DNA from: Moniliella sp. 'wahieum'
Taxonomy: Eukaryota
Direction of reading: 5' to 3'
Assembly: GCA_003971905.1 (NCBI GenBank)
Contig: RSEE01000032.1
Coordinates: 620,001 to 684,000 of the forward strand
Length of the DNA stretch: 64,000 nt
The notes under the pieces were generated by a model. That model was not told the DNA's origin and did no database searches. It saw only the letters and a program-made list of their open reading frames with translations. Both the position numbers and the translations under genes were made by a program. Of this stretch, positions 12,601 through 24,966 are shown piece after piece. Numbering within the stretch: position 1 is the stretch's first letter; every line of letters starts with the position of its first letter.

Positions 12601-13179
12601 CAAAAGGTATAAGGTCTAAGCGGCTAAGCAACTTGGCGCGTAACGCGTACCGCGATACCGAAGAACCAGTGTCCTTTTTTGCACTGCCAGACTCTCCTAC
12701 TTGTCTCCCACCCAGCGTTCCTCATCGTGACTACCGAGCCCGGAGAAAACGATCGCACACCCGGACGTAGGCGCGATACTGACCAACGCTGTGGCTCCCA
12801 ATGCGCATGCGGCCGCAACCATCTAATCTGTGGGATTGTACACGCACCCTCTGCTGGCCTTTTGCCTTGTGCCTGCCGGTGCGTGTCTTCTGTCTACTTG
12901 CGCTTCCGGCTTTCAGGCTTTCAGGCTTTCAGGCCCCAGGATCCCCCGCTCAGCTTATAGGCATCAGGCTTCTCCAACGTTTCCCCGGCCATATCGGGCT
13001 ATATACCCCCAGCCAACCCCTCGCTCCCGCCGCCGTCGAGAGCCCCACGGTTGGCTGCCCGCGTACGGGGCCCTGCGACAGGCCAAAACGTCCCGTCCCG
13101 CGTCCCGTCCCGTCCCGTCCCGTCATGTCCCGTCCCGTCCTGTCCAGTCTGGGCCTTTGAGACAGACTGCTTACAGGTA

Positions 13180-14180
13180 TACTGAGTACACTGTGGGTTT
13201 TTGGGTACTGAGTAATACTGAGTACTGAGTCGAGAGTATATAACTACTAACTATACGAACAACTGTGGCAACTATAGTAACTACTGCAACAACCAGCATC
13301 ACCTCTCCTGCCCCTAGTACGTCTAGTAGTCACTGCAACTGACTAAAACTAGGTAAGTCCTGTTAGTTTGCAGCAACTATATAGTAACTAGGAACTAGGA
13401 AGATTATACTGCCTTCAGAGCTTCAGCTCTTGAATATGATCGAAGCTTTTGTTGGAGCTTATTGAAGGCTTGAAGTGAAGCTTGAAGCTGGCAAAGCGGA
13501 CTTCCTACGTAGTGTGCTTAGTTGGTAGTCAACATGATCTGCAGCGCAGGATGCATGATCGATCCGAAGATGATCGATCAAGACGATCGTTGAACGTGTT
13601 GAACGTACGTTGACGTTAATGTACGTTGAGAGTACGTTGATCGATCTCCCAAAAGGTCGCTTTACATGAGTACTTCAGTTTCTCATTACCACCGGCGGAG
13701 TTCAACGATGTTCAGTACGTTCACGCGTTCACAGTTCACGCGTCACGCGTCACGGTTCAGTTCAACGTTCAACTTGAACGTTCACCCGGTCCCCCGACCA
13801 CCGTTCACGTTCACTAGGTTTCCTCTCCTCTGTTCGGGTCTAGCTGCGCCTAACGTCTAACAGCATGTCGTCTTGGGTCGCCAGTCAATATCAATATCAA
13901 TACAATCGAGCTCAGACCTTACGTCTCTCTCTGTCCAAGGCAAGCATCCTGCACATCGCATGCAGCCCCAGGCCTCAGGCTGAGTCTCCATCCGCTGAAC
14001 GTTGAACGTACTGAACAACTCCGCCACGAGACAATGAGTGCTGAGTTACTGAGTATTGAGTTCAACGTTCAGTAACTCAGTGCTGAGTAAGGATCGATGA
14101 TCGAGGAGCCAAGCGCGAGGCCGAGCCTTCCTCTCTTCTATTGTTTTCAGTCATGTGTTCGTTTCAGGCCTCAGGCCTCA
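13180..14180. repeat. Dense block of 7-nt-period palindromic motifs (AGTACT, AAGCTT, ATCGAT, AACGTT, ACGCGT, AGGCCT cores)
   Basis: Examples: ttcacgcgtcacgcgtcacg (~13735-13755), ttcaacgttcaacttgaacgttca (~13761-13784), tcaggcctcaggcctcagg (~14164-14182). 12-bp inverted repeat at 14041-14052 / 14069-14080. Confidence 0.8.
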
Positions 14181-14394
14181 GGGGGGGGGCAAAGAAGGGG
14201 CTGCAGATAGATTAAAAGGCAACAGATACTGGTAATTAGTACACTTATATACGAGGTAACCGCCTCTGTCTTGAAGCTGCAAGCTTGAGCGCTTGAGCCG
14301 ACAGAGACGTCAAATTCAATGGTCGATCGACGAAGCGCGCACGTGTCCCGTGCTATTTGCGGGGTGGTGTGGCGCAAAGTATCCTCTCCTGGGA

Positions 14395-17365
14395 TCAGTG
14401 TAGGCGTAGCGTCGGGCGGACGACGGGGGACACTGGAGCGCTCGGCTTGGCAGACAAAGAAGGGAGGTTGTGCAACGACGCCGAGCCGGCTCCGAGCGGG
14501 CGCAGCGGTCCGTCGCGTGCCATCCTCGCCTCGAGAGGGGGGGTGCGTCGGGTGGAACGGGGCAGGGAGCGCGGGTGGGACCAGAGCAGGTCCTCATCAT
14601 CCACTATAGGCACATCGGGCATCTGCGTGTCCAGCAACGGCGATGGCGACCGGCTCTCCCGCTCATCCTCTACGGGCGACAGGAAACGGGACGCTGTATC
14701 GGTCGAAAGGGAGGAAGGGAGCATGGCGTGGCTCGACGCGTGCGCCGGCTGGGCCGCACTGGCGGCCGCAGTGCGCGCAATGGCGTAATTGGCTTTGACC
14801 TGTTCCAGGTGGTGCATCAATCCAATCCGAGCTTCCCGTTCGATGCGCAGCTGGTCTTGCATCCGTGCCACTTTGCCCTCGGCCTCTTCGGCCCGCGTCT
14901 CCGCTTGGGACAAGGCCCGCTCCAGTTGCAGTACCTTGGCCACTTCCAGTCGCAGATTCGAACGCAGTTCTACACCTTCTCGTCGAGCTTGCTCCGCCAC
15001 TGCATCCGCACGTTCCACTGCGTCCAGCAGACTTTCCATCTCGAGGCGGTGCCGTGCGTTGACCCGGTCGGCAACAGAGAGCATGGCCGAATCGAGAGGC
15101 GGGTGGCGGTGCGAATCCGAAATGAACCGCCGTCGGGGAGGATCGTCCTCGGCCCCTCCAGCCCGACGGGCTTGGAAGAGGCTTGGTCCCATCCCGCCAT
15201 AGCATCGATTGGGCCGGGCATGTCCCCATCCCTCCCCGAAGCAACAAAGTGCGGCAAAGAGTCGGGTCTGGATGAGGCAGCGCTGGCGCGGCGACCATCG
15301 AGTCGGTTCGGTCGTTCCCTTCCTCCGATCGGGTCTCCTGAGCTTGCCCTCTTGGGTCGGGTTCAGGGGTGCGGCCCAAGGGGTTGATGGCAAGGAGAGA
15401 TCCCCAGTAGCTTGGGCGACAAGGCTGAGCATGCGAGCATACGCCTCCTCCACATCGCGATGCACGTCGTGATCAGGCTGACTGGCAGGCGTCAAGGCTT
15501 GTCGAACCTCCCAGATGGCTTGGGACAGTGCCTGGCTGGAACCAGCGTTGAGGGTTCGACGGCCTTCTTCGGAGAGCGGGGAAAGTCCCATGTTGGAGGT
15601 ATGTGGGGAGGAACGCAAGCCGCTAGACAGTTCCTGCAGCGGAGCACTCAAGGGACGAAGCAGACTCACATCAAACGAGCCCTCCACATCATTGCTTGCT
15701 AAGCCGCCTCGACAATAGAAAGGTTGGTCTCAATCTCGGCTACTGAGAGATCCTCGCGTGGATAGTGTGGATCCTCCAACCCCAACACGGACGCCCTTGG
15801 CGTGGCTTCCGTCGTCCATAGCCAGCTTTCCGCTGATATCCTCGGCCGGACGGGCGTCAGGAGACTGGTCCGCGCCGACATGATCGGGGGCTGGGAAGTG
15901 CGTGTGAAAGGAGGCAGTTGTCATCCTCGATCCGCTGCGAGAGGGAGCAGGAGGGGAGATGAGCACGGTGGGCGTCGCAGGGCTAGCAGACGCAATGGGC
16001 TCGGGTCCAGAACCTCCCAGCACGGGATCCGGGCATGCGGTTGGGGGCAGTGACGATGGAGGGGATCCATGGGGGGAACGTGGGGGGATGGAAGCAGTGT
16101 CCTCATCACTCCCTTTGAGGCCTATGCCAGAAGGCCGTGCTTGGACCGAGTGCCCCTGTTCGGAAGGAGGCAGGAGAGATGTCTGTCGGAGGGGCGAACG
16201 TCCACCTGAAGTCTGACCGACGGGCACTGAATCGGCTGAGGTGGGCATTGCCCTTGGGGTGCTACGCGGAGGAGGAGGAAGGGAGCGTATGCTAGTCTGC
16301 GGGAGTGGACACGTTGGATTCCACCCTAGACCGTTGCCGGTGCGAGTTGAATGGCGTTTGATCTTCTTGAACATTGGGCGAGAGCGCGTACCCTTCCCCA
16401 GCATCTCCACGTGCTATTGTCAGTACGATGGAGGGAGGTATTGCCCGTGGCCAACGAGCTAGCCGCGCTCTTAAGAGCAGCTGGGCCCGATTCCACACCA
16501 GACGAGTGAGCCGGGTTGCCGGACGAGTGATCGGGAGACTGGTCTTCAAGCGAAGCCGTGCCAGATGCGCTCCCTGCAGGGGCATTTGAATCGCGGTTTG
16601 AATCGCGTTGAGATGCATCGCGAGCAAGGGGAAGCGAATCATGTTCGTCCCGTCAATGGGTGAGGGTGAAGCGGCCGCGTCACTCGTGACTGCGGGTGAC
16701 TGGTTGGCTGAGTCGCTGAGGCGTCGTGGTGGCGGATGGCGCCATTGCACTCTTGGTCACGGTTGTAGGGGCGGGAACACGGGACTGAAGTAGGCCGGCA
16801 GTCGCAAGCGGGTTGGGTGCAGCACTCTTGGCGGGCGCTAAGCCGGGCAGGTCCGATTTCGGCAGTGGCACACGGACGCGATATGGACGAAACGGCAGCG
16901 CGGCGGGGCTTAGATGAGGACTGGGAGAGGGTGCGCACGCGATGCCATACCCCCCCGAGGACGGCTGCCGCTGCTGGTCGGTCGAGCCCGCCTCGGGGGG
17001 TGGGGAGGTGGTGTCGGGACGAGGGCTGCTTAGACTGGCGGATGCGGCCGGGGCAGCGGCACCGGCGGCAGCGGTGGCGGCGGCAGGCTTGCGCGAGCGC
17101 GAGTGGGAGCGGAGCAAGCTGCGCAGCCCAAACCCGCCCAGGGAGCCGGAGGAGGCGGAGCGAGCAGGTTCCTGCGGGTCCAGCTGGCGCTGGGGCTGTT
17201 CGGACAGGTGGCGCGCATGGCGGGGATTGCGTGCGGTAGCAGCGGGGCCAAAGCTGGGGCGGGCCGAGACGGGCGCGGAGGGCGAGTGCTGTGCTGGAGG
17301 GGGCTGGGACGCGGACCCGACGATGGCGCCGGCCGGGGGATGCCCGACGGTCTTCCCGCCGACAT
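14395..17365 (-). CDS. Hypothetical Ser/Pro-rich protein with C-terminal coiled coil
   Basis: Chain of overlapping minus-strand ORFs from MSAGRPSGIPRP (ATG 17365) to the coiled coil RHRLEMESLLDAVERADAVAEQARREGVELRSNLRLEVAKVLQLERAL; several frameshifts; 3' end uncertain. Confidence 0.6.
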
Positions 17366-17443
17366 GACAGTGGGATGGAGGGCTGCGGGATGGCGGAGGG
17401 GGAGGCAGTGGAGGAGGAGAGGCAGGCGACGGAGCGCAGGACG

Positions 17444-17546
17444 GGGATGGGATGGAATGGGATGGGATGGGATGGGATGGGACGGGATGGGATGGGATGG
17501 CGTGCAATGCAAAGCTATGCTACGCTATGCTATGCTATGCTATGCT
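17444..17546. repeat. Compound microsatellite (GGGAT)n followed by (GCTAT)n
   Basis: Visible at 17444-17500 and 17514-17546, upstream of the minus-strand gene. Confidence 0.93.
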
Positions 17547-18330
17547 GGTTGAAATTGTTTAAAATGCACATTTCAACTCTGGGGAATGTGACATGGCGAT
17601 GATCCGTGACGTAAGCACACAGGCATGTGTCATCAGGACCATCACCCTCCAATGTCCAACCAGAGCAGCGCCCGCAAGCAGCCCGACGAGCAGCCAGAGT
17701 GTACGAGCAACATAGCAAGCAGGCCAGCCGCGCCGACACCGACGCGGAACCAGCTGAGGCCAAAGCAGGCCAAATCCTTTTCTTTCGGCGACAATGGTGG
17801 CCCGCCGTAGTATCTTCTGCCCGAACCAATCAATACTCGGCGACGACCGATCCGACAACTACCCAGCGTGTCTGTCCGCCCAACGAGGAATCAAGTGTAC
17901 ATTGGGCCCGGGGCACCGTGAACCAACGGGGAAGCAGAAAGCAAAGGAAAGTTTATAACTTAGGGCGGGGGCACCCAGCACGAACGCAAGCGAGCCAACC
18001 AAAGGAACAGTCCGAGGGGAAGCGAGAGAGAGAGCGAGAGATGTGGGGAAGGGGGGGAGGGGGGGGGGGGGGAAGGAAGAATAAGAAGAAGATAGGAAAC
18101 GATGCGGTTTTCAAGTCAAGTCAACCCAAAGACGAGCCAAGCCAACCCAGTCAGCGAGCCAAGGCACAGAACGATGCGAGTCGGTCGAGGCGGAGGAGGG
18201 GGTAAACGTTAAACAGGAGAAAGGCAGAGCCGAGCGAGCGACGGAAGCGAGAGCAAGCAGACAGGGCAAGCTGCAACCGAAGCGAGCGGGACGAGACCCA
18301 ACCGAACCCAACCCAAGCCAACGCATCGGA

Positions 18331-21300
18331 TCACTTTTCCTTGCCCGTGTCGACCTTTTGCGTGCCTGTGCGTCCGCCAGATGCCGTCGTCATCGACGCG
18401 GCCGTAAATGTGGGTGGACTGGTTGCGGCGGAGGGCGGCGATCCATTCCTGGACGATGGTCTGGTCATCGACCATGACGTTGATCTCCTGGGAATGGAAC
18501 CAGGACTGGGTATCCTGGTTGCCGAGCCCAATGGCCACCTGGCCATCGAACCCGGCGAATTTCACGTGGCAATTGCGTTGCTTGCGCACGGCGTGAGCGG
18601 GCGGTCATGTCCTTGCCCGTGTACAGTACACATGCAAGTTTTTCCGCGCGTCCGGCGCGTGCGACTTGAGGTAGCGGAACATGCCCGTCACTACCTGCTC
18701 GTTCGTGCCCCCCTGGAACGGCATCGACTCGGACTTATCGTTGAACCCCAAGTCCAGCCACAGCTCCACCTTGGCCCCGCGCTGGACGGCAGCCAAGACA
18801 GCCGCCTTGATCGGCGCGGCATTCAACGTAGGCGTCTGAATAAAGATCTCTTTCGCGTAGCGGAACCCGGCGAGCCAGGCCGAGTCTTGAGGGTTGCGAA
18901 TGTCCGAGTGGCCAGGCGTGCCGTGCGGACGGCGATTGACCAGCGCCATCGGAACGGGCGGTGTGGACGATGGAAATGTACGGACTAAAGTCGGTTGGGT
19001 CATACACAATCTCATCCTCCACCGCCAACGACCCGGCCTCGCTCTCGCCCGAAGGAGAGGAACGACTCTCTTCTTCGTGCGTGTCCGCACCGGCGGCAGT
19101 GGTAGGCGTGGTAAGTGTGGCGGTCGGGTCGGAGCTGGAATCACTCGCTCCATGCGTCACGGCCGGCGCCGACGCGGCGGCTGTCCCAGGGTTCATGCGG
19201 TGCAGTCGTTCCGCCGTGATTTCGCCCTTGACCTTGGAGTTGTTGGCAAAGTCAAGGCGGTCGGTGATCTTGTTGAGCCGTTCGGCGGCCGATTGACGTG
19301 AAGTATTGGACAAACGGTGGGCACGGTAGTAGCCGTGCAAGCCAGGGGGCTCATCCTCAGCCTCCCCATCGTCCGTGACGACGGGCGCGCTGTAGGCCGG
19401 CGCGGTGCTGAGCGCGGCCGAATGCACACCGTCCGTGCCTGGCGCTGCATCCGGGTTGGCACGTAGCCCATCGTCCAGCGGCGCCGTCGCGGCCACCTGG
19501 GCAAACGATCGCATAGATTGTTTGCTGGCCCGTGGGCGCAGCCCCGGCCCGCCTGGTTCTCGATCTTTCTCGTACGCGGTCGAGGTCAGCGTCGACTTGG
19601 ATCGCGGCGTCTGGGGCCACTCACTCGGTGCGACATGCGTCATGGTCGACGGGCCCGTCATGGTGCGCGACAGGTTGTCTTCCTCATTGACCGTGGTAGG
19701 CACCTGGAGAGGGGGTTGGCGTGCCGCCCGCGCTCGCCTCGCTTCCAGAGCAACATTTTTCGACGAACTTTCGCCCAGGCCCAACGCATCCAGCGCACCA
19801 TCCGCCCACACGGGGGGGGATGCCTTCCTTTTGCATCAGAGCCTCCACCACATCGACAAACGTCCGCCCGCCTCCTTCGGACGAAGGAGTGTGGGTGGCA
19901 GAGGGCGGCTGCATCTCCTGCATCGGAATGTCGTTGCCTGCGCCGCCGGTCGTCGAACCTGGCCGGGAAAACCGGTCGCCCAAAACTTTTTGGCGCCAGA
20001 GGGTGCCGGCCTTGCGCGCGGCCTCCCATGCTGTCTCCTCATCGCTTTCCCCATCCGAACGCGGACCCGAACTTCTCGACTTGAGCTCTTCGTGCGGTGT
20101 AGAGGGCCGGCCATCGACCGAGGTGCTGTTGCGATGCCGGCGGGAGGATGCGATGACATCGGCCAGATGACGGTGGGTGTTGCCACTGAGCTCCTCCGCC
20201 TCGGCTTCATCCGCATCTTGTTGCAAACGAGCTCGCGCATGCTGCGCCTTTTCTCGCAAATTCACAATCGTCATATTGGACAATCGCGCGAGATCGTCCT
20301 GGGACGTGGCGGGACCTGGGCGAACGTCCCTTAGAGCCACGCTGGGGCCGGCACCGGGCGCAACGGGGGACTTGTGCCGTGCAAGGAGGGACTTGCGTCG
20401 GGCAACAGGGGCAAAGGACATAGTTCCTGGGTCGGCCGTCGCCGGCGTCTCCAAACAGGCAGAGGCGGGTCCATGGCCACGCCCCAAAGAGCAGCGCATG
20501 CTCATACACCGAGTTGACAATGTCGCCTTCGAGGCGGGCCATGGCCTCGAGGTTGGGGCGGTCTTGGATGTTGTTCGAGTTGACCAGCGCCACACGGCGG
20601 TCGACAAGGAGAAGCTTGGCATGAAACGTGCCCATGATGGGGCGATGGTAGTTGAGCACTTCAATGTGAAGACATTCCACTTCCTCGGGCGTAGGTAGCC
20701 CGTTCTCCTTCCACTCGGACGTGGCCACCGGGGTGCGCATACGGAACAGGTCGCCAATCGTACGCGGCCCCCGGTCCCACATGACCTTGACTACGATCCG
20801 TTGGCGCGGGGCTGGTGCGGCGCGCGCGGGTCGCGCACTGTGTCGGCGCGACTGGTGCTGCCGCTGGCGCTCCGCCTCACGGCGGTTGAGTTCGCGCAAG
20901 CCCTCGGAAATTTTGTCCACGTTTTGGCCGCCCTGCCAGTAGTTGGTCATCACCACCACCTCGCGGCGGGCCGAGATGATGCAGTCGTAGTAGTGGCCGA
21001 TAATGTCAGGACCAGTGCTGAAGATGGACAGGGGCACAGTGCCAGTCGTAGCGAGCAGGGCAGGAGAAACGACGCCATTCATCGGATGGCGTGGGAGCGA
21101 CAGCAGCGCATCGGCCAGCATCTGCCACAGGCGAGAGAGCCACGTTAGCCGGAGGAGGCAGCCGGTCGCAGCAGAGAGAGGCACGTACCATCAGATACAG
21201 GCGCGAGGGCACACCTTCGTCGACCTGGCTCGGCTCGCCGTTGGGAGCGGGCGGGCCTTTGCGTCGAGGGCTGTTTTGGCCACTGGTTCCCAGCGGCTGG

Positions 21301-21657
21301 TCGGCGAGGGGCGGGCATAGCCAAAGTAGTCGCAGATGGCGTCCAGCTCCTGCTGGTCGGGGGGGCATTGGACGGATGCACGGCGCCTTTGGACCAGACC
21401 CAATGGGCGTCGCGCGGCCGTGGGCGGACTGGATGGGCCAGTGGCGGGAGGCGCCGTGGCTGGTCAGGGGCGGGGGGAAGAGGGCGGCGGCGAGGGGCTC
21501 GGGCGCGGCAGCGTCTGGGCGCGCACAGCGGCGGCCACAGCGCCAATGACGGTCGGATGGGCCTGGGCGGCCGGACGCGTCGTGGCGGCGGGGCCGGCGT
21601 GGCGGGCAGCGGCGTCGGAGTGTGTGGTGGCAGGGCGCCCGACGGCAGGCAGAGCAT
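18331..21657 (-). CDS. Phospholipase D superfamily protein with two HKD motifs
   Basis: HKD1 HRPIMGTFHAKLLLVDRRVALVNSNNIQDRPNLE; HKD2 RNCHVKFAGFDGQVAIGLGNQDTQSWFHSQEINVMVDD; long low-complexity linker between them. Intron 21122-21188 (GTACGT, GCTAAC, CAG). Ends approximate. Confidence 0.88.
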
Positions 21658-22633
21658 GGCCGCGGGGGAGGGGGAGGAGGAGGAGGAGGTAGTAGTGGTG
21701 GTGGTGGTGGGGGGGGGGGGGCAGCGGGCAGACTCTTCTGCGTGCTTTTCCACCCCATCGTGCTGTTCCCCGCCTGGCACGGAGCATGATGGATGGGCGA
21801 TGGATGATGCAGGCGCACCTGACGCGGCTGGCCTGCAAGGCACACACTTGCCCTGTGCCTGCTCGGTCGACCCGCGCAGCGTCGCTCAGCGCTCAGCCGC
21901 CGATCACCGGTCTGGTGTGCGTCGCCCGTCGCCCGCCGTCGCCCTCGAATATCGCCCGTCGCAGGGCCCATCGCCAGTCACGAGAGTCACGCGTCACGCT
22001 AGTCACTACTCCTACTCACAACTCACGCGTCACGCGTCCCGAGCGAAGCTGGCATTGACCAGTGCTTGAACCTTGCTTAATGCTTGCGTGCCATCCGCCC
22101 CCTCTTCGTGCTGTGCCTGTCTGCCCTCGGCCCTGCTCTCCCACCGCCCCCGCTGCGCTCGCATCCTCGCCGGACGTGCTTCCCCGCCCCGACCTCACTC
22201 GTCCCACGCCCACAGCAGGATTACATAGGGGCAAGGTGCCTGGGTCGCTTGTTCGCGTCCCTTGCCTCTCTCTATGCCCAGCGCCCACGCCCCGCTCCGC
22301 CCCATCTGCCAGGCAGGCGAGACGACTGCAAACTGCACAAGGAAGCGCAACTCTGGTGTCGAGATGCTTTGCGGCTACTTGCCTCGTGTGCGGCTTTTTA
22401 GGCCGCACGCACCGAATCCACGGCGGGCCACCTACATCGCCCATTGAATATTGATCGTATCAATTAACGTTCAACCCTAGGGCCTAGCGTCCTGAGGATA
22501 GTTTGTGACGGCGATGCCGATGTCAGAGCGCAGAGCGCATAGCGCCAAGAGTGCTTGGCTTTCGGCTTGGGACCCTCGACAGTACTCAGTACTCAATATG
22601 TAGATGCGCATAGATCCCCTCCTCAGTTCTGAC

Positions 22634-23330
22634 TCATTCAATACCAAACCATGGATTGGGCCATCCGACGTGCGCTTGCGCTGGGTGCCCCCCCACGGGA
22701 GCATCTCGATCAGGCGTCGTTGGTGGGCGGCAGCGCCAAGTCAGGAACATGGAGAGGGTAGAGGCCCAAGCCTGGGATGGACAGGTGGGCGCTGGGCGTG
22801 GCCAGGCGCTTGGCAGGCCCCGGCCACAGGCACAGGTACAGGGAGGGCTGGCAGAGCGCCCGCCGGCAGCGAAGCGACGCCTTGCTTTGGGAGGCGCGGC
22901 AACGAGGCTTGGCGAGCCAACGGGGACGAGCAAGGGGACCGTGGCGCCTCCGGCTGCATCGGGGACAAGGGAGCGAGAACAGAGGGAGATGCCCACGGTG
23001 TGCTGAGACGGATGGAGAGACGCTTGGCCATCCCTGTCTCCCCCAGCGAGGCTCGGCGAGGATAGGCAGTGCGTCCATCGGGCAGCAGTCCGACACGCTC
23101 CATGCCAGGCTCCGACTGCCGACGCGGATCGTCGGGGCGAGAAGGACGTGGGCAGGGCGGGTTAGGGTCTGGGGTGCGTCGCAAGCGCTGCGGGCAAGAC
23201 GGCTGCGACTGCATCCGTGACGGCGGGGAGGGCTGAGGGGGAGTCTGAGGCTGAGCCTGAGGCTGGGGCTGCTGGGCCGTCGGAGCGCGGCTGGGGTGAA
23301 GGACGGTATCTGGGTTAGGAAGGCGGACAT
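22634..23330 (-). CDS. Hypothetical low-complexity protein
   Basis: GCCATG start after a pyrimidine-rich leader (MSAFLTQIPSFTP), continuing through frameshifted ORFs (RRQSEPG...RRASLGETG); no recognisable domain. Confidence 0.35.
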
Positions 23331-24966
23331 GGCACTGGATGGGCTGTGGCGTGATGCACGCTGGACGGGAGGGAGGGAGGGGGTTAGAAGGCAGCAGAGA
23401 GGGGGGGGGGAAGCGGTGGCGCAGGTGTGTTGGGGTTGGAGCAGAAGGGCAGACCGGTCTGCATGCTTTGAGGCGAAGGCGGCACACGGGGCAGTCGGAG
23501 GGAGAACGAGAGGGGGGCGGGGGGGGCGGGAGAGAGAGGGAGAGGGAGAGGCGGGGGGGGGGGAGCACGCGGACGACGGGTGGATGAGAGGCGGGACGAG
23601 GGACGGGTGGGCTGAAAGCACGGTGGGCTTATGTAGCTGGGGCGGCTGCACATACATCTGGGTGGCGTCGTGGTGACCCTACGGCCGTCGATACTCAATG
23701 GGCGTCAGCGCGAGCACACCAAATTGTGTCGTGGGAGCAGCAGGTGGTTGGCGATGGACGCTGCCTGTGTGTGCGGGCACGCGGCCTGTGCGCGGTGCGG
23801 TGTGAAACGGGCCATGGGACAGGCCGTGCGGGACGGCTCCTGTGGGATGCGTGTGCGTAACTTAACGCAGGCTGCCAGGGCTTGCATCGCGCCCACGCAG
23901 CCCACTGGCGCGGTGCGTGCCGCGACCACTTTCCCAGGATAAGACGAGCGCGGGCCAGTGCCCGTGCCGCACATGAGGCTGCGCCGAACGCAGCCGCCGA
24001 CAGCACACTCGCCCTGTGCCACCGGCACTTTATCGTCGTGGCCCAGGTAAGGTTAGATTTAGAGATTTAGATTTAGATCACAAGAGACGGGCTGATGCGC
24101 TGATATTCGCTTGCCACACCTCCATTCCACTTGAACGTGCGACGGGATGCGTCCCTCGTTCCCATCCTCTCCCCCCTGAACGTCCTGAACGTCGGAGCGT
24201 CCATGATTGGACGAACAGTGGTCGCTGTGACGTCACCGCGACAAAATTATCGATTCCCGTCCATAGCGTTTTCAAGCTTCAAGCTTTAACGTTAAACACG
24301 CTCAACAACGCTCCGTGGCCACCTGCCAACCCCCCCCTCCTGTGAACGTCGCAAAACTATGGAAGTTCGATGGCCCATCCCAGCTTAACGCTGGACGCTG
24401 GACGGGTAACACTGACAAACCCTTTCCCACCAGGTCCGAATCGTAGAAGTATCGAGCATCGAGCGATGCCTTGCGCGAGAAAGCTGTACGTTGTGTTAGC
24501 TGGCTATTACTAGTTACTATGCTTTGCAACACGGCCCGCGGAATTCGCCTGCTCTCTCACGCCTCTCCTCCCGAACTCCTACCAGGAAAAACGGATCGAC
24601 AACGCTCTGGCATATACATACACGACTGTGGGTATAACTATAGTAACGCGGAACGGTAGGCTACCCTTCGTAGGGGAAACCAACCCGTTACCGTGCCTTC
24701 ATGTTGCGTCTCGTCCTCCCCGACACTGCGTACTACATGCGTCCACCTGTGTGTCTTGGTGTTCAAGTGGGAACTCGGTGTGCATAGAGAGATCGACATG
24801 TTTCTTGTTCCCATCAGGGTTTCAACGTACTATAAGAGTTGAACGTCGGTGGGAAACGTGAATGTCATTGTCGGCGTCATTAATCATTATCCGTTAAAAA
24901 GCGTTCATGTACAGTGTTATCCGCGCAAAATGCGCACGCTCTCGCTTCGCTAGCCTCCTCGCATCC

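Noticed and set aside
13555..13592. GATCG clusters as White Collar Complex light-response elements
   Set aside because: They are explained as ATCGAT-core members of the general heptad pattern and lie downstream of wc-2; no independent support.
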